Source of the DNA: Chloroflexota bacterium
GTDB lineage: Bacteria > Chloroflexota > Dehalococcoidia > JACPPY01
NCBI GenBank assembly: GCA_016190755.1
Contig: JACPPY010000054.1
Location: forward strand, 1 to 62,939
DNA length: 62,939 nucleotides
Direction of reading: 5' to 3'
Positions 46,801 through 55,781 of this stretch are shown in pieces. Each line of letters opens with the position of its first letter. The first letter of the stretch is position 1. Below the pieces are notes generated by a model that saw only the letters and a program-made list of their open reading frames with translations, ran no database searches and was not told the origin of the DNA. The position numbers and the translations under genes are program-made.

Positions 46801-46976
46801 TTGTCCTTTATTCAATCTGCACTAGCGCCTGCCGGACAGAAGGCTCTCTTACGCTACCTCCCCTTGTCACTTGTTTGCAGCGTCAGTCACAACGAAGGTA
46901 AAATGGCCTCGCGTCCAGGGTGGTACCTTAGCACGGATGCGCACTGGGAAAGACGAAACTCTGGAGGGTGAAACGG

Positions 46977-47231
46977 ATGGATGACCAATTGGTGAAGCTG
47001 AAGACCGTTCTGGAAGAGCGCGAGCGTGTATATCGTAAGGTGGTCCAGGACTACGAGCACTACAAGCGAAACCCGCCGGGCACGCCTGACGGCAACATCG
47101 TGGCCCTGGAGGGGAGTGTGCACAGCCTGTTCAGCGCAGTGCAAGACCTGATGGGTGGATACCAAGCCTATATATCTGTGTTGGAGGAGACGTTGCCCCG
47201 GGGCACATCGGCAAAAAGCGTCAGCGGATGA
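46977..47231 (+). CDS. Small hypothetical coiled-coil protein
   Basis: GGAGGG lies 9 nt before ATG 46977. The product MDDQLVKLKTVLEERERVYRKVVQDYEHYKRNPPG... looks more protein-like than the antisense 133-aa ORF. Confidence 0.5.
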   Translation: MDDQLVKLKTVLEERERVYRKVVQDYEHYKRNPPGTPDGNIVALEGSVHSLFSAVQDLMGGYQAYISVLEETLPRGTSAKSVSG

Positions 47232-47330
47232 CATGCCTGTCATTCTCCCCAGGTCAATCGATGGTACAATCAATGTTGAATTAGCCACTCAGCAAGCAAG
47301 TGCTGGCTGTGCGGCAGTACGGAGGTATCA

Positions 47331-47648
47331 ATGGCCATATACGAGTACATCTGTCCCAAATGCAGCAACGAGTTTGAGCTGATGAGGCCTATGAGCCAGT
47401 CGAGCGAACCGGCGACCTGTCCCAGGTGCAAGTCGCGGGCACAGAAACGTATATCTTCCTTCGGCTCCAAGACAGGCTTCTACCTAAAGGTGCCCGAGAA
47501 GGCGCCATTCCGCCCGAAGGTAGGCGCTTCCAAGAAGGTTAGCACTGCGACGAAGGCGAGCACCGCAAGCAAGGCGGCTTCTGCCCGCAAAGCCAGCACA
47601 GCGAAGAAAGCCAGTGCTGGAGGTAAAGCCAAAGCCGCCAAGAAGTAG
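47331..47648 (+). CDS. FmdB-family zinc-ribbon protein with a Lys/Ala-rich histone-H1-like C-terminal tail
   Basis: MAIYEYICPKCSNEFELMRPMS...ATCPRCKS (CxxC...CxxC), then KKVSTATKASTASKAASARKASTAKKASAGGKAKAAKK. Confidence 0.85.
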   Translation: MAIYEYICPKCSNEFELMRPMSQSSEPATCPRCKSRAQKRISSFGSKTGFYLKVPEKAPFRPKVGASKKVSTATKASTASKAASARKASTAKKASAGGKAKAAKK

Positions 47649-47651
47649 GGC

Positions 47652-48038
47652 GTGAGCATATTTGTTGTCCACGAGCACCATGCTACCCATCTGCATTGGG
47701 ACTTCCGCCTGGAGATGGAGGGGGTGCTGAAAAGCTGGGCCGTACCGAAAGGCCCTCCTACAGCAGCCGGAGTCAGGCGCCTGGCGGTGCAAGTGGAGGA
47801 CCATCCGTTGGACTATGCCTCCTTTTCAGGTGTGATACCGGAAGGGTCGTACGGCGCTGGCAAGGTAGAGATCTGGGACCAGGGCAACTACGACCTTCTG
47901 GCGCGTGACCCTGACCGGCTGCTGTTCATACTCCGGGGACGCAAATTAAAAGGCAGCTACGTGCTTGTGCATACGAGCGGCAAGAACTGGATAATGTTGA
48001 AGAGAAGGGCAAGGCAGCATGATAACCAGATTAGCTAA
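47652..48038 (+). CDS. Stand-alone LigD-type 3'-phosphoesterase (PE) domain protein
   Basis: FVVHEHHATHLHWDFRLEMEGVLKSWAVPKGPP...RLAVQVEDHPLDYASFSGVIPEGSYGAGKVEIWDQG is the LigD PE signature. GTG start 3 nt after the previous stop. Confidence 0.85.
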   Translation: MSIFVVHEHHATHLHWDFRLEMEGVLKSWAVPKGPPTAAGVRRLAVQVEDHPLDYASFSGVIPEGSYGAGKVEIWDQGNYDLLARDPDRLLFILRGRKLKGSYVLVHTSGKNWIMLKRRARQHDNQIS

Positions 48039-48245
48039 TGTATCACTCGTCGTCAAGGACCATTTCACACCGATGACTGCCGCCGTGAGGTTGAGAGGCT
48101 GCGAAAACTCGGTGTCCGCATAACACTGGAGCCGGAAGAGCAGCACTGGGGCGTCCAGGCGGTGTTCGAAGACCTATACGGCAACAGCCATGTACTGGTA
48201 CAGCCCAGTCAGATGGCTTTCCAACGAGGCAAAGTGAAGGTCTAG
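48019..48245 (+). pseudogene. Frameshifted/truncated VOC (glyoxalase/bleomycin-resistance) family remnant
   Basis: ATG 48019 gives MITRLANVSLVVKDHF..., which stops after 34 codons. A different frame then reads ...FHTDDCRREVERLRKLGVRITLEPEEQHWGVQAVFEDLYGNSHVLVQPS*, a VOC beta-alpha-beta-beta-beta module. The total length is not a multiple of 3. Confidence 0.5.
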
Positions 48246-48261
48246 CAGGGGCAGGAAGGCA

Positions 48262-48588
48262 CTAACTGGGCCGGCACGCCGCCTCTTCTGTTAACCTCTG
48301 AGCAAGCTCCTTGCCCTTATCGGTCGGCTCATACTCATGCAGAGAGTAGCGGCTCTCCTCGGCCAGCTTGATGAAGCCAGCCGCGACCAACGAACGTAGT
48401 GCCGCCTCGGCGAAGTAGGAGAACAGCGGCAGCCGGTGGTCTGGCACGGGCTTCTGCGTCGCGGCGTTCTCGGCGTATATGGTGCAAAGCAGCCGAAAAG
48501 GTTCTTCCTCAAGGTCGCGCAGCACATGTTGCATGGCATCCGTAGACCTCACGGCGTCCAGCAGCTCTTTCCTGGCGCTGTTGTTCAC
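48262..48588 (-). CDS. Hypothetical protein (possibly winged-helix)
   Basis: 108-aa ORF with protein-like composition and no confident motif. Confidence 0.55.
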   Translation of the reverse strand: MNNSARKELLDAVRSTDAMQHVLRDLEEEPFRLLCTIYAENAATQKPVPDHRLPLFSYFAEAALRSLVAAGFIKLAEESRYSLHEYEPTDKGKELAQRLTEEAACRPS

Positions 48589-48735
48589 AGGGACTCCTCT
48601 CTGCAGGCACTTCTGCTCCTGGGCCGGCTACGCATCCGCCAGCCACGTCTTTGAAGAGAAAAAGCTTTGGGTTACGGGAACACCTGTACGGATTGATTAT
48701 AAAACGCCGGGCCAGCCATTGGAAAGGAACTCTCA

Positions 48736-48764
48736 TTGATTTGTTGATGCCTTTTTGTTACCAT
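48736..48764 (+). promoter_or_regulatory. Candidate promoter of thrS
   Basis: TTGATT - 17 nt - TACCAT. Confidence 0.4.
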
Positions 48765-48817
48765 GACAAGTACTTTACCTAACAGCGACGGGCTGGTTAC
48801 GCCGGCCTGACCTGCGG

Positions 48818-48848
48818 CCTCTCGACTGAGTCGAGAGGTCTTGTTTTG
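48818..48848 (+). terminator. Terminator-like hairpin inside the thrS leader (attenuator candidate)
   Basis: CCTCTCGAC-tga-GTCGAGAGG followed by TCTTGTTTTG. It ends 11 nt before the thrS ATG, and the RBS GAGGG lies after it. Confidence 0.55.
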
Positions 48849-48859
48849 CGAGGGTTTAT

Positions 48860-50611
48860 ATGGCCATACAGGAAAAGAGGGTGCTGGCGACCGAGGAACT
48901 AGAGAAGATGAGACACTCCGCTTCACATGTCATGGCGGAGGCGGTGTCTCTCATTTTCCCGGAGACGCGGTTCGGTATAGGGCCGGCCATTGAGGACGGC
49001 TTTTACTACGATTTCGAGCTGCCGCGCCCTTTGGTCAACGAAGACCTGCCGGTCATCGAAGCCAGGATGAGGGAAATAATAGCCCGCAATGAGCCCTTCA
49101 TCCGGGAGGAGGTGGCCAAGGAAGAAGCTGAAAAGATATTCCTGGCCCAGCCGTACAAGCTTGAGCTTATACGGGAGCTTCCCGATGCAAAGGTTTCCAC
49201 CTACCGTCAGGGGGCTTTCGTCGACCTGTGCCGCGGCCCGCATGTCAAGTCCACGGGTCAAATAGGGGCCTTCAAGCTGATGTCCATAGCCGGCGCCTAT
49301 TGGCGCGGCGAAGAAACCAGGCCCATGCTGCAGCGCATATATGGCGTGGCCTTCGCAACCGAGGAGCAGCTCCAGGACTACCTGCACAAGCTGGAGGAGG
49401 CGCAACGGCGCGACCACCGCAGGCTGGGCAAGGAACTTGAGCTATACAGCATCCATGACGAGGCCGGGCCGGGATTGGTGATGTGGCATCCCAACGGGGC
49501 CGCGGTGCGCCGGGCAATCGAGGACTTCTGGAAGGACGAGCATGCCCTGCGAGGGTATGAACTCGTTTACACGCCGCACATCGCCAAGGTGGACCTGTGG
49601 AAGACCTCGGGCCACTGGGAGTTCTACCGCGAGAATCTATATTCACCAATGGATATCGACGAGCAGGAGTACATCGTAAAGCCGATGAACTGCCTGGGGC
49701 ATATAATAATATATAAGACTCAGAAGCGCAGCTATCGCGACCTGCCGTTAAGGTACGCCGAGTTGGGCACTGTCTATCGCTACGAGCGGTCGGGCGTGCT
49801 GCACGGCCTGACCAGGGTCCGCGGGTTCACCCAGGACGACGCACATATCTTCTGCACGCCGGAGCAACTGGAAGATGAGATAGCCGGCGTCGTCGAGCTG
49901 GTCAGGTTCATGATGAAGACCTTCGGGTTCGAGCACTATGATATGTACCTGTCCACCAGGCCGGAGAAGTATGCCGGCTCGCTGGAAGGATGGAAGGTGG
50001 CCACTGATGCCCTGGCGAATGTCTTGCAGAGGCTGGGCATAGAGTACAAGGTAGACCCGGGAGAAGGCGTGTTCTACGGCCCCAAGATAGACACGAAGCT
50101 GCACGACGCACTGGGCAGGGAGTGGCAGGGCCCGACGATACAGGTGGATTTCAACCTGCCGCAGCGCTTCAACGTGACCTATGTAGCCGCCGACAGCAAG
50201 GAGCAGCAGGTATTCATGGTGCACCGCGCAGTGCTGGGAAGCATGGAGCGGTTCATGGGCTGCCTGATCGAGCACTACGCCGGCGCTTTCCCGGCGTGGC
50301 TGGCGCCGGTCCAGGCGGTGGTCATTCCCATCGCCGACCGCCACCTGGAATATGCCCGCCGCGTGGAGTCAGAGCTCAAGCGCGAACGGTTCAGGGTGCG
50401 CGTGGACTCCCGGTCGGAGAGGATGAACGCCAAGATACGTGAGGCGCAATTGCAGAAGGTGCCTTACATGCTCGTGGTCGGCGACAAAGAGTCACAGTCA
50501 GGCAACGTCTCGGTCAGGCTGCGCACGGGCAAAGACCTCGGCTCAATGTCTCTGTCCGACTTCAAGGCGAAGGCCGGTGATACGATCGCTACCCGGGCGC
50601 TTGAAGTTTGA
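48860..50611 (+). CDS. thrS: Threonine--tRNA ligase (short form without an N-terminal TGS domain)
   Basis: 583 aa. MRHSASHVMAEAV (editing-domain HxxxH), class II motifs and a C-terminal anticodon-binding domain. Confidence 0.98.
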   Translation: MAIQEKRVLATEELEKMRHSASHVMAEAVSLIFPETRFGIGPAIEDGFYYDFELPRPLVNEDLPVIEARMREIIARNEPFIREEVAKEEAEKIFLAQPYKLELIRELPDAKVSTYRQGAFVDLCRGPHVKSTGQIGAFKLMSIAGAYWRGEETRPMLQRIYGVAFATEEQLQDYLHKLEEAQRRDHRRLGKELELYSIHDEAGPGLVMWHPNGAAVRRAIEDFWKDEHALRGYELVYTPHIAKVDLWKTSGHWEFYRENLYSPMDIDEQEYIVKPMNCLGHIIIYKTQKRSYRDLPLRYAELGTVYRYERSGVLHGLTRVRGFTQDDAHIFCTPEQLEDEIAGVVELVRFMMKTFGFEHYDMYLSTRPEKYAGSLEGWKVATDALANVLQRLGIEYKVDPGEGVFYGPKIDTKLHDALGREWQGPTIQVDFNLPQRFNVTYVAADSKEQQVFMVHRAVLGSMERFMGCLIEHYAGAFPAWLAPVQAVVIPIADRHLEYARRVESELKRERFRVRVDSRSERMNAKIREAQLQKVPYMLVVGDKESQSGNVSVRLRTGKDLGSMSLSDFKAKAGDTIATRALEV

Positions 50612-50691
50612 TTCGGCCTTATGATTATGCTATATTCAAACTTAGGCGATCTGCCTGAGCAACTAAAACCAACAAGGAGGGGGAGGGACTC

Positions 50692-51291
50692 ATAGCTAAA
50701 GCATCGTTGCGTGTAAACCGGGGTATCAGGGCCGCAGAGGTCAGGGTTGTGGATGAGGAGGGAAGGCAACTAGGTGTCATGCCGCTGCGGCAGGCGTTGG
50801 AAACGGCCAGGGAGCGGGGACTCGACCTTGTAGAGGTCGCAGCGACGGCACAACCCCCGGTGTGCCGAATCCTGGACTACGGGAAGTTTAGGTACGAGCA
50901 GGCCAAGAAGGACCGCCATGCCAAGAAATCCCAACACCTCAGCGAGGTCAGAGAGGTCAAGATAAGGCCCAAGATCGGCGCACACGACCTCGAAGCTAAA
51001 CTGCGCAACGCAAGGAAGATGCTGCAGGAGGGTGACAAGATAAAGGTCATAGTCATCTTCCGCGGCAGGGAGATGGCTCACCAGGACCTGGGTTGGAAGC
51101 TCCTGCAAAAGGTAGGCGAAACACTTAAAGATGTGGCCGCTCTGGACAAGGCGCCGGGTATGGAGGGCAACGCCCTCACCGTGATATTCGCGCCGTCCAA
51201 GCAGGCACGCGAGGCCAGGACAACCAAGAAGGAATCCCAGCAACCGGGAGAGACCGCAAAGAAGGGCGAAAAGACCGGCGTAGCTGTGTAG
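50692..51291 (+). CDS. infC: Translation initiation factor IF-3, probably initiating at a non-canonical ATA
   Basis: ...RVNRGIRAAEVRVVDEEGRQLGVMPLRQALETARERGLDLVEV... is IF-3. AAGGAGGGGGAGGG lies 4 nt upstream of in-frame ATA 50692. The track start is TTG 50707. Confidence 0.9.
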   Translation: MAKASLRVNRGIRAAEVRVVDEEGRQLGVMPLRQALETARERGLDLVEVAATAQPPVCRILDYGKFRYEQAKKDRHAKKSQHLSEVREVKIRPKIGAHDLEAKLRNARKMLQEGDKIKVIVIFRGREMAHQDLGWKLLQKVGETLKDVAALDKAPGMEGNALTVIFAPSKQAREARTTKKESQQPGETAKKGEKTGVAV

Positions 51292-51304
51292 GAGTTGTGA
51301 GATC

Positions 51305-51511
51305 ATGCCGAAGTTGAAGACCCATCGTGGAGCCAAGGCCCGGTTCAGGGTTACTCGCACGGGCAAGGTGCTCCGCATGAAAGGTGGCAGCAGCCACCTG
51401 CGCAAGAACAAACCGAAGCGAGTCAGGAGACAGTACAACTCCAAATTGCTCCTGAACTCAAGGGACCACACACGGGTATCGAGGTTGCTCCCCACCGGGA
51501 CTCCGTCGTAG
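51305..51511 (+). CDS. rpmI: 50S ribosomal protein L35
   Basis: MPKLKTHRGAKARFRVTRTGKVLRMKGGSSHL... Confidence 0.97.
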   Translation: MPKLKTHRGAKARFRVTRTGKVLRMKGGSSHLRKNKPKRVRRQYNSKLLLNSRDHTRVSRLLPTGTPS

Positions 51512-51559
51512 TCACCTCGTTGGATTATTTCTAGCAGTTGTCTAGTTAGGAGGACTTCC

Positions 51560-51919
51560 TTGCGGGTAAAGGGAGGCGTAAAAGCCAGAAGGCACCACAA
51601 CAGCGTGCTGAAATTGACGAAGGGCCATGCCGGGCAAAGGCACAGGCTTTTCAAGCGGGCCCATGAGTCAATGCTGCACGCCCTGCAGTATTCCTATGCT
51701 CACCGGCGTGAGCGCAAGGGCGATATGCGCAGTCTGTGGATCACACGCATCAACGCCGCGTGCCGCGAGCAGGGTATGCCCTATCGGAGCTTTATTGAAG
51801 GCCTGAGCAAGGCAAACGTGGGCCTGAACCGGAAGGTGATGGCCGATATGGCGGTCAACGACAGCCAGGGCTTTGCACGGCTGGTGGAGATCGCCAAGCA
51901 GAACCTGACTCCGGCCTAG
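51560..51919 (+). CDS. rplT: 50S ribosomal protein L20
   Basis: (M)RVKGGVKARRHHNSVLKLTKGHAGQRHRLFKRA...WITRINAACRE... Confidence 0.97.
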   Translation: MRVKGGVKARRHHNSVLKLTKGHAGQRHRLFKRAHESMLHALQYSYAHRRERKGDMRSLWITRINAACREQGMPYRSFIEGLSKANVGLNRKVMADMAVNDSQGFARLVEIAKQNLTPA

Positions 51920-51949
51920 CCACGAAGGCCTTTTAAGGGCTCAGTGTTC

Positions 51950-51985
51950 GGGTGAGGCGATCAAGGCGCCTCACCCATTTTGTTG
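51950..51985 (+). terminator. Intrinsic terminator after rplT
   Basis: GGGTGAGGCG-atcaagg-CGCCTCACCC followed by ATTTTGTTG. Confidence 0.7.
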
Positions 51986-52100
51986 CCCTCGAAATTGCTG
52001 GGTGTGTTTCTTATTGTATGCAAGGGCGCAGCGCGCTACAATTACGCAGTCCCCTTCGGTCGAATACCTTGCGGGGAAGTAATAAGAGAATAGCGATCTG

Positions 52101-53150
52101 ATGATAGACAAGCTATCACAGCTTAAGACCGTAGCCGAGACGGAATTGAACGCCGTCACAGACACAAGGCGGCTTGAGGAATGGCGAGTGCGGTACCTGG
52201 GGAAGAAGAGCGCCATCATGCAGGCGTTGCGCGAACTGTCTTCTCTTTCCCTGGAGGAGCGGCGTAAGGCCGGCGCACTGGCCAACGAGGTGAAGGACGC
52301 CTTCGAGTCGTCTTACAAGCAGAAGCTGGAGGGGATCAAACAGGCTGAGCTGGAGCTGGCGACCGCGGCGAAAGCCCTTGACGTCACGCTCCCCGGGCAA
52401 CCTGAGTCGCTGGGACGCCTGCACCCTACCACACAGGCCATGCGCGAAGTGTGCCAGGTGTTCACTAGCCTGGGATTCGAGACGGTAGAGGGGCCCGAGG
52501 TGGAGTGGGACTACTATAATTTCGAAGCCCTGAACATACCGAAAGGCCACCCGGCGCGCGACATGTGGGCCACGCTGTGGGTGGATTTCGCCGACCCGGA
52601 AAAGCAGCGCAGTATGCTGATGCGGACACACACCTCTCCTATGCAGATAAGGACAATGGAGAAAAGGCGCCCGCCGGTGCGGCTCATTATGCCCGGGAAG
52701 ACATACCGCTATGAGGCCACTGACGTCCGGCACGAGTGGATGTTCCACCAGGTGGAAGGCCTGGCCATAGACAAGAACATTACCATGGCCGACCTCAAAG
52801 GCACGCTGTTCGAGTTCGCCCGCCGTATGTTCGGCGCCGACAGGAAAGCCCGGTTCCGCTGCGACTATTTCCCCTTCGTAGAGCCTGGCGTCGAGGTGGC
52901 TATCGACTGCTTCATATGCAAGGGGCAGGGATGCCGCCTGTGCAGCGGCTCGGGCTGGATTGAAATACTTGGCGCGGGAATGGTGCATCCGGATGTGCTG
53001 CGCCGCATGGACTGCGACCCGGCGGTGTACAGCGGTTTCGCTTTCGGCATGGGCGTCGAGCGCATACCAATGCTCCGTTACGGAATAGAGGACATACGCC
53101 ATTTCTACGGGAACGACCTTCGGTTCCTGAAGCAGTTCTGGGGTTTTTGA
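52101..53150 (+). CDS. pheS: Phenylalanine--tRNA ligase alpha subunit
   Basis: 349 aa. HPARDMWATLW, the FRCDYFPFVEPG motifs and GFAFGMGVERI. Confidence 0.98.
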   Translation: MIDKLSQLKTVAETELNAVTDTRRLEEWRVRYLGKKSAIMQALRELSSLSLEERRKAGALANEVKDAFESSYKQKLEGIKQAELELATAAKALDVTLPGQPESLGRLHPTTQAMREVCQVFTSLGFETVEGPEVEWDYYNFEALNIPKGHPARDMWATLWVDFADPEKQRSMLMRTHTSPMQIRTMEKRRPPVRLIMPGKTYRYEATDVRHEWMFHQVEGLAIDKNITMADLKGTLFEFARRMFGADRKARFRCDYFPFVEPGVEVAIDCFICKGQGCRLCSGSGWIEILGAGMVHPDVLRRMDCDPAVYSGFAFGMGVERIPMLRYGIEDIRHFYGNDLRFLKQFWGF

Positions 53151-53153
53151 TCC

Positions 53154-55553
53154 ATGCGAGTATCTTTATCGTGGCTCCGAGACTACGTCGATATGACGCT
53201 GCCGCGCGACGATCTGGCCCGCAGGCTGGCCCAGGCGGGATTAGAGGCGGGGTCCGTCGAAATCATCGGCGGGCAGTGGGATAAGATCCAGGTTGGCCAT
53301 GTCACTGAAGTCAAGCCGCACCCCAACGCTGACCGGCTCAGGCTGGTGACGGTGGCGTTGGGCGACCGGATGCCTACTGTGGTCTGCGGCGCGCCCAACG
53401 TAGCTGTGGGCCAGAAGATCGCCTTTGCCTCGGTGGGCGCGAAGCTTGTTGATGGTCACACGGGGCAGCCGGCCACGCTCAAGCCGGCCAAGATACGCGG
53501 CGTGGTCTCCGAGGGCATGGTATGCTCGGAGAAAGAGCTTGGCCTGTCGGGCGACCACACGGGCATACTTGTTCTTCCTGCCGACGCTCCCGTCGGGGCC
53601 GCGTTGGCCGACCTCCTCGGCGACACCATCTTCGACATAGAGGTGACGCCCAACCGCCCCGACTGTCTTTCAGTCATCGGTATTGCCAGGGAGGTGTCGG
53701 CCCTCACCTCGCAGCCGTTGCACCTGCCGCAGATCGCCTACAAAGAGGGCCGGGAGCAGGTTTCAGGCCTGGCATCGGTTGACGTCGTCGATCCAGACCT
53801 CTGCCCACGCTATTGCGCCGGGGTGATAACCAATGTGAAGATAGGCCCATCTCCGGAGTGGCTGCAAAGGCGGCTCCAGGCTGGTGGCATGAGGCCCATC
53901 AACAACGTGGTGGACATCACCAACTACGTCATGCTGGAGCACGGCCAGCCCCTGCACGCGTTTGATTACGCTAAACTGACAGATAGGAAGATCGTGGTGC
54001 GGCGGGCACGCCAGGGAGAGTCACTCACCTCACTAGACGGCGTCGAACGTCCTCTGAATTGCGAGATGCTGGTCATCGCCGACTCCCGGCGTCCGGTGGC
54101 CCTTGCAGGTGTCATGGGCGGTGCCAACAGCGAGGTCTCCGAGGCCACAACTGCCGTGCTGCTCGAATCGGCCAACTTCAAGCGCGAGTCAGTCCGGGAG
54201 ACGGCCGCCGCGCTGAACATGCGGAGCGAGGCCTCGGCTCGGTTCGAGAAGGGACTTTCGCCGGAGCTGCCTGTGCCGGCGCTGAGGCGAGCCATGCAGT
54301 TGATGGTCGAGCTTGCCGGTGGAGAAGCAGCTTCAGGCATAATAGACGTGTATCCCGGCAAGCGGGAGCGCCCGCCCATACTTTTCCCCGCGAGTGAGAC
54401 AAAGCGGCTCCTTGGCATGGAGCTGCCTGTGGAGAAGATAAAGTCGGTGCTTGAATCCCTGGGATTCGGCGTGGAGATGGCCGCGCCGGCCCAGATGAGT
54501 GTCAATGTGCCCTGGTGGCGCACAGACGTGAGCCAGGGAGCGGACCTGGTTGAGGAGGTGGCGCGTATCGTAGGCTACGATCAGATACCCACTACCATAA
54601 TGGATGCCCCGATACCGCCGCTCGAACCGTCGCCGCTGCTGTCCATGAAGAGGACGCTTACGGACCTGCTGGTAGCAGCCGGCATGCAGGAGGTCATCAC
54701 CTACTCGCTCATAAGCCTGGAGGGCCTGAAGAGGACCACGCCGGACCTCGACCTTCCCGGGCCTAAGCCCGTGCGCGTATCCAACCCGATGAGCCGCGAG
54801 CACGAGTATTTGCGCACCTCGCTTCGACCGAGGCTGCTTTTCCATATCGCCCAGAACCAGAGGTTCGAGGAGGGCATAAAGCTCTTTGAGATAGGCCATG
54901 TGTACTATCCGCGCCACAGCGACCTGCCGCAGGAGGTGGAGACGCTCTGTGGCGCGATGTGGGGGTTGAAGCAGGAAATGTCGTGGCGCACCAAGCCCAT
55001 GCCAGCGGACTTCTACGACGCCAAAGGCGCATTGGACGCCGCGCTGGTTAGGCTGGGCGTGGAGGCGAAATACGTCAAGGCTGAAGACGTCGGCCTCAGA
55101 AGCGGCGCCTGCGCCGATATAGTGGTCAGAGGACTAAAGATAGGCGTCATCGGCGAAGTGCACCCCAAAGTGGTGGAGAATTTCGACGCAGCGGGGCCGG
55201 TATTCCTGTTCGAGATAGACCTGGAAAAACTCCTGCCGCACGCCGGCACAGGCGTGGAATACAAACCTCTGCCGCGTTTCCCTGCTACCGTGCGCGATAT
55301 GGCATTGGTTGTGGACCTGGGTGTTCAATACCAGAGTATCGTTGATATCGTTCAGGACTTCCCGCTGGTAAGCCGCGTGGCGCTGTTCGACGTGTACTCT
55401 GGCGAGCAGGTGCCGCGGGGCAAAAAGTCGCTGGCATTTCGCATCTGGTACCAATCTCCCGACCATACCCTCACTGACGAGGAAGTGAATGGCGTCCAGC
55501 AGCGGATGCTCTCGGCGCTGGAGAGCAAACTGGGCGCAGTCCTCAGGGCATAG
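53154..55553 (+). CDS. pheT: Phenylalanine--tRNA ligase beta subunit
   Basis: 799 aa. MRVSLSWLRDYVD..., tRNA-binding, B3/4, B5 and FDX-ACB domains in the canonical order. Confidence 0.98.
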   Translation: MRVSLSWLRDYVDMTLPRDDLARRLAQAGLEAGSVEIIGGQWDKIQVGHVTEVKPHPNADRLRLVTVALGDRMPTVVCGAPNVAVGQKIAFASVGAKLVDGHTGQPATLKPAKIRGVVSEGMVCSEKELGLSGDHTGILVLPADAPVGAALADLLGDTIFDIEVTPNRPDCLSVIGIAREVSALTSQPLHLPQIAYKEGREQVSGLASVDVVDPDLCPRYCAGVITNVKIGPSPEWLQRRLQAGGMRPINNVVDITNYVMLEHGQPLHAFDYAKLTDRKIVVRRARQGESLTSLDGVERPLNCEMLVIADSRRPVALAGVMGGANSEVSEATTAVLLESANFKRESVRETAAALNMRSEASARFEKGLSPELPVPALRRAMQLMVELAGGEAASGIIDVYPGKRERPPILFPASETKRLLGMELPVEKIKSVLESLGFGVEMAAPAQMSVNVPWWRTDVSQGADLVEEVARIVGYDQIPTTIMDAPIPPLEPSPLLSMKRTLTDLLVAAGMQEVITYSLISLEGLKRTTPDLDLPGPKPVRVSNPMSREHEYLRTSLRPRLLFHIAQNQRFEEGIKLFEIGHVYYPRHSDLPQEVETLCGAMWGLKQEMSWRTKPMPADFYDAKGALDAALVRLGVEAKYVKAEDVGLRSGACADIVVRGLKIGVIGEVHPKVVENFDAAGPVFLFEIDLEKLLPHAGTGVEYKPLPRFPATVRDMALVVDLGVQYQSIVDIVQDFPLVSRVALFDVYSGEQVPRGKKSLAFRIWYQSPDHTLTDEEVNGVQQRMLSALESKLGAVLRA

Positions 55554-55636
55554 GCAAGGCGGCGGCCCGGGCCATCGATTGTTTCACCAGCCCTTAGGGT
55601 GTGGAATGACAATCGAGTAGCGCTCGCTCAGGCGTT

Positions 55637-55655
55637 TTCCGGGGTGTGTCATGTT
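55637..55655. repeat. Degenerate copy 3 of the hairpin element (right arm preserved)
   Basis: TTCCGGGGTGTGTCATGTT versus TTCGGGGTGTGTCATGTT in copy 1. The expected left arm upstream is decayed (only ATGACA remains at about 55606). Confidence 0.5.
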
Positions 55656-55781
55656 CATCCCGGCCGCCCGGTTAGCTCCTTTTCTCCCACTCTGTAACAT
55701 CCTGGAAACATGCGCGTAAACGTCTCGAAACAGCAGCCATTTAACATGTTGCTCATCACAAGCCTTACTGGGTACCCGAGC

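Noticed and set aside
48600-48860. Canonical T-box riboswitch upstream of thrS.
   Set aside because: There is no convincing T-box sequence (AAnnnGGGUGGUACCGCG), specifier-loop context or Stem I motifs. The likely promoter leaves a leader too short for one. It is kept only as a generic attenuator finding.
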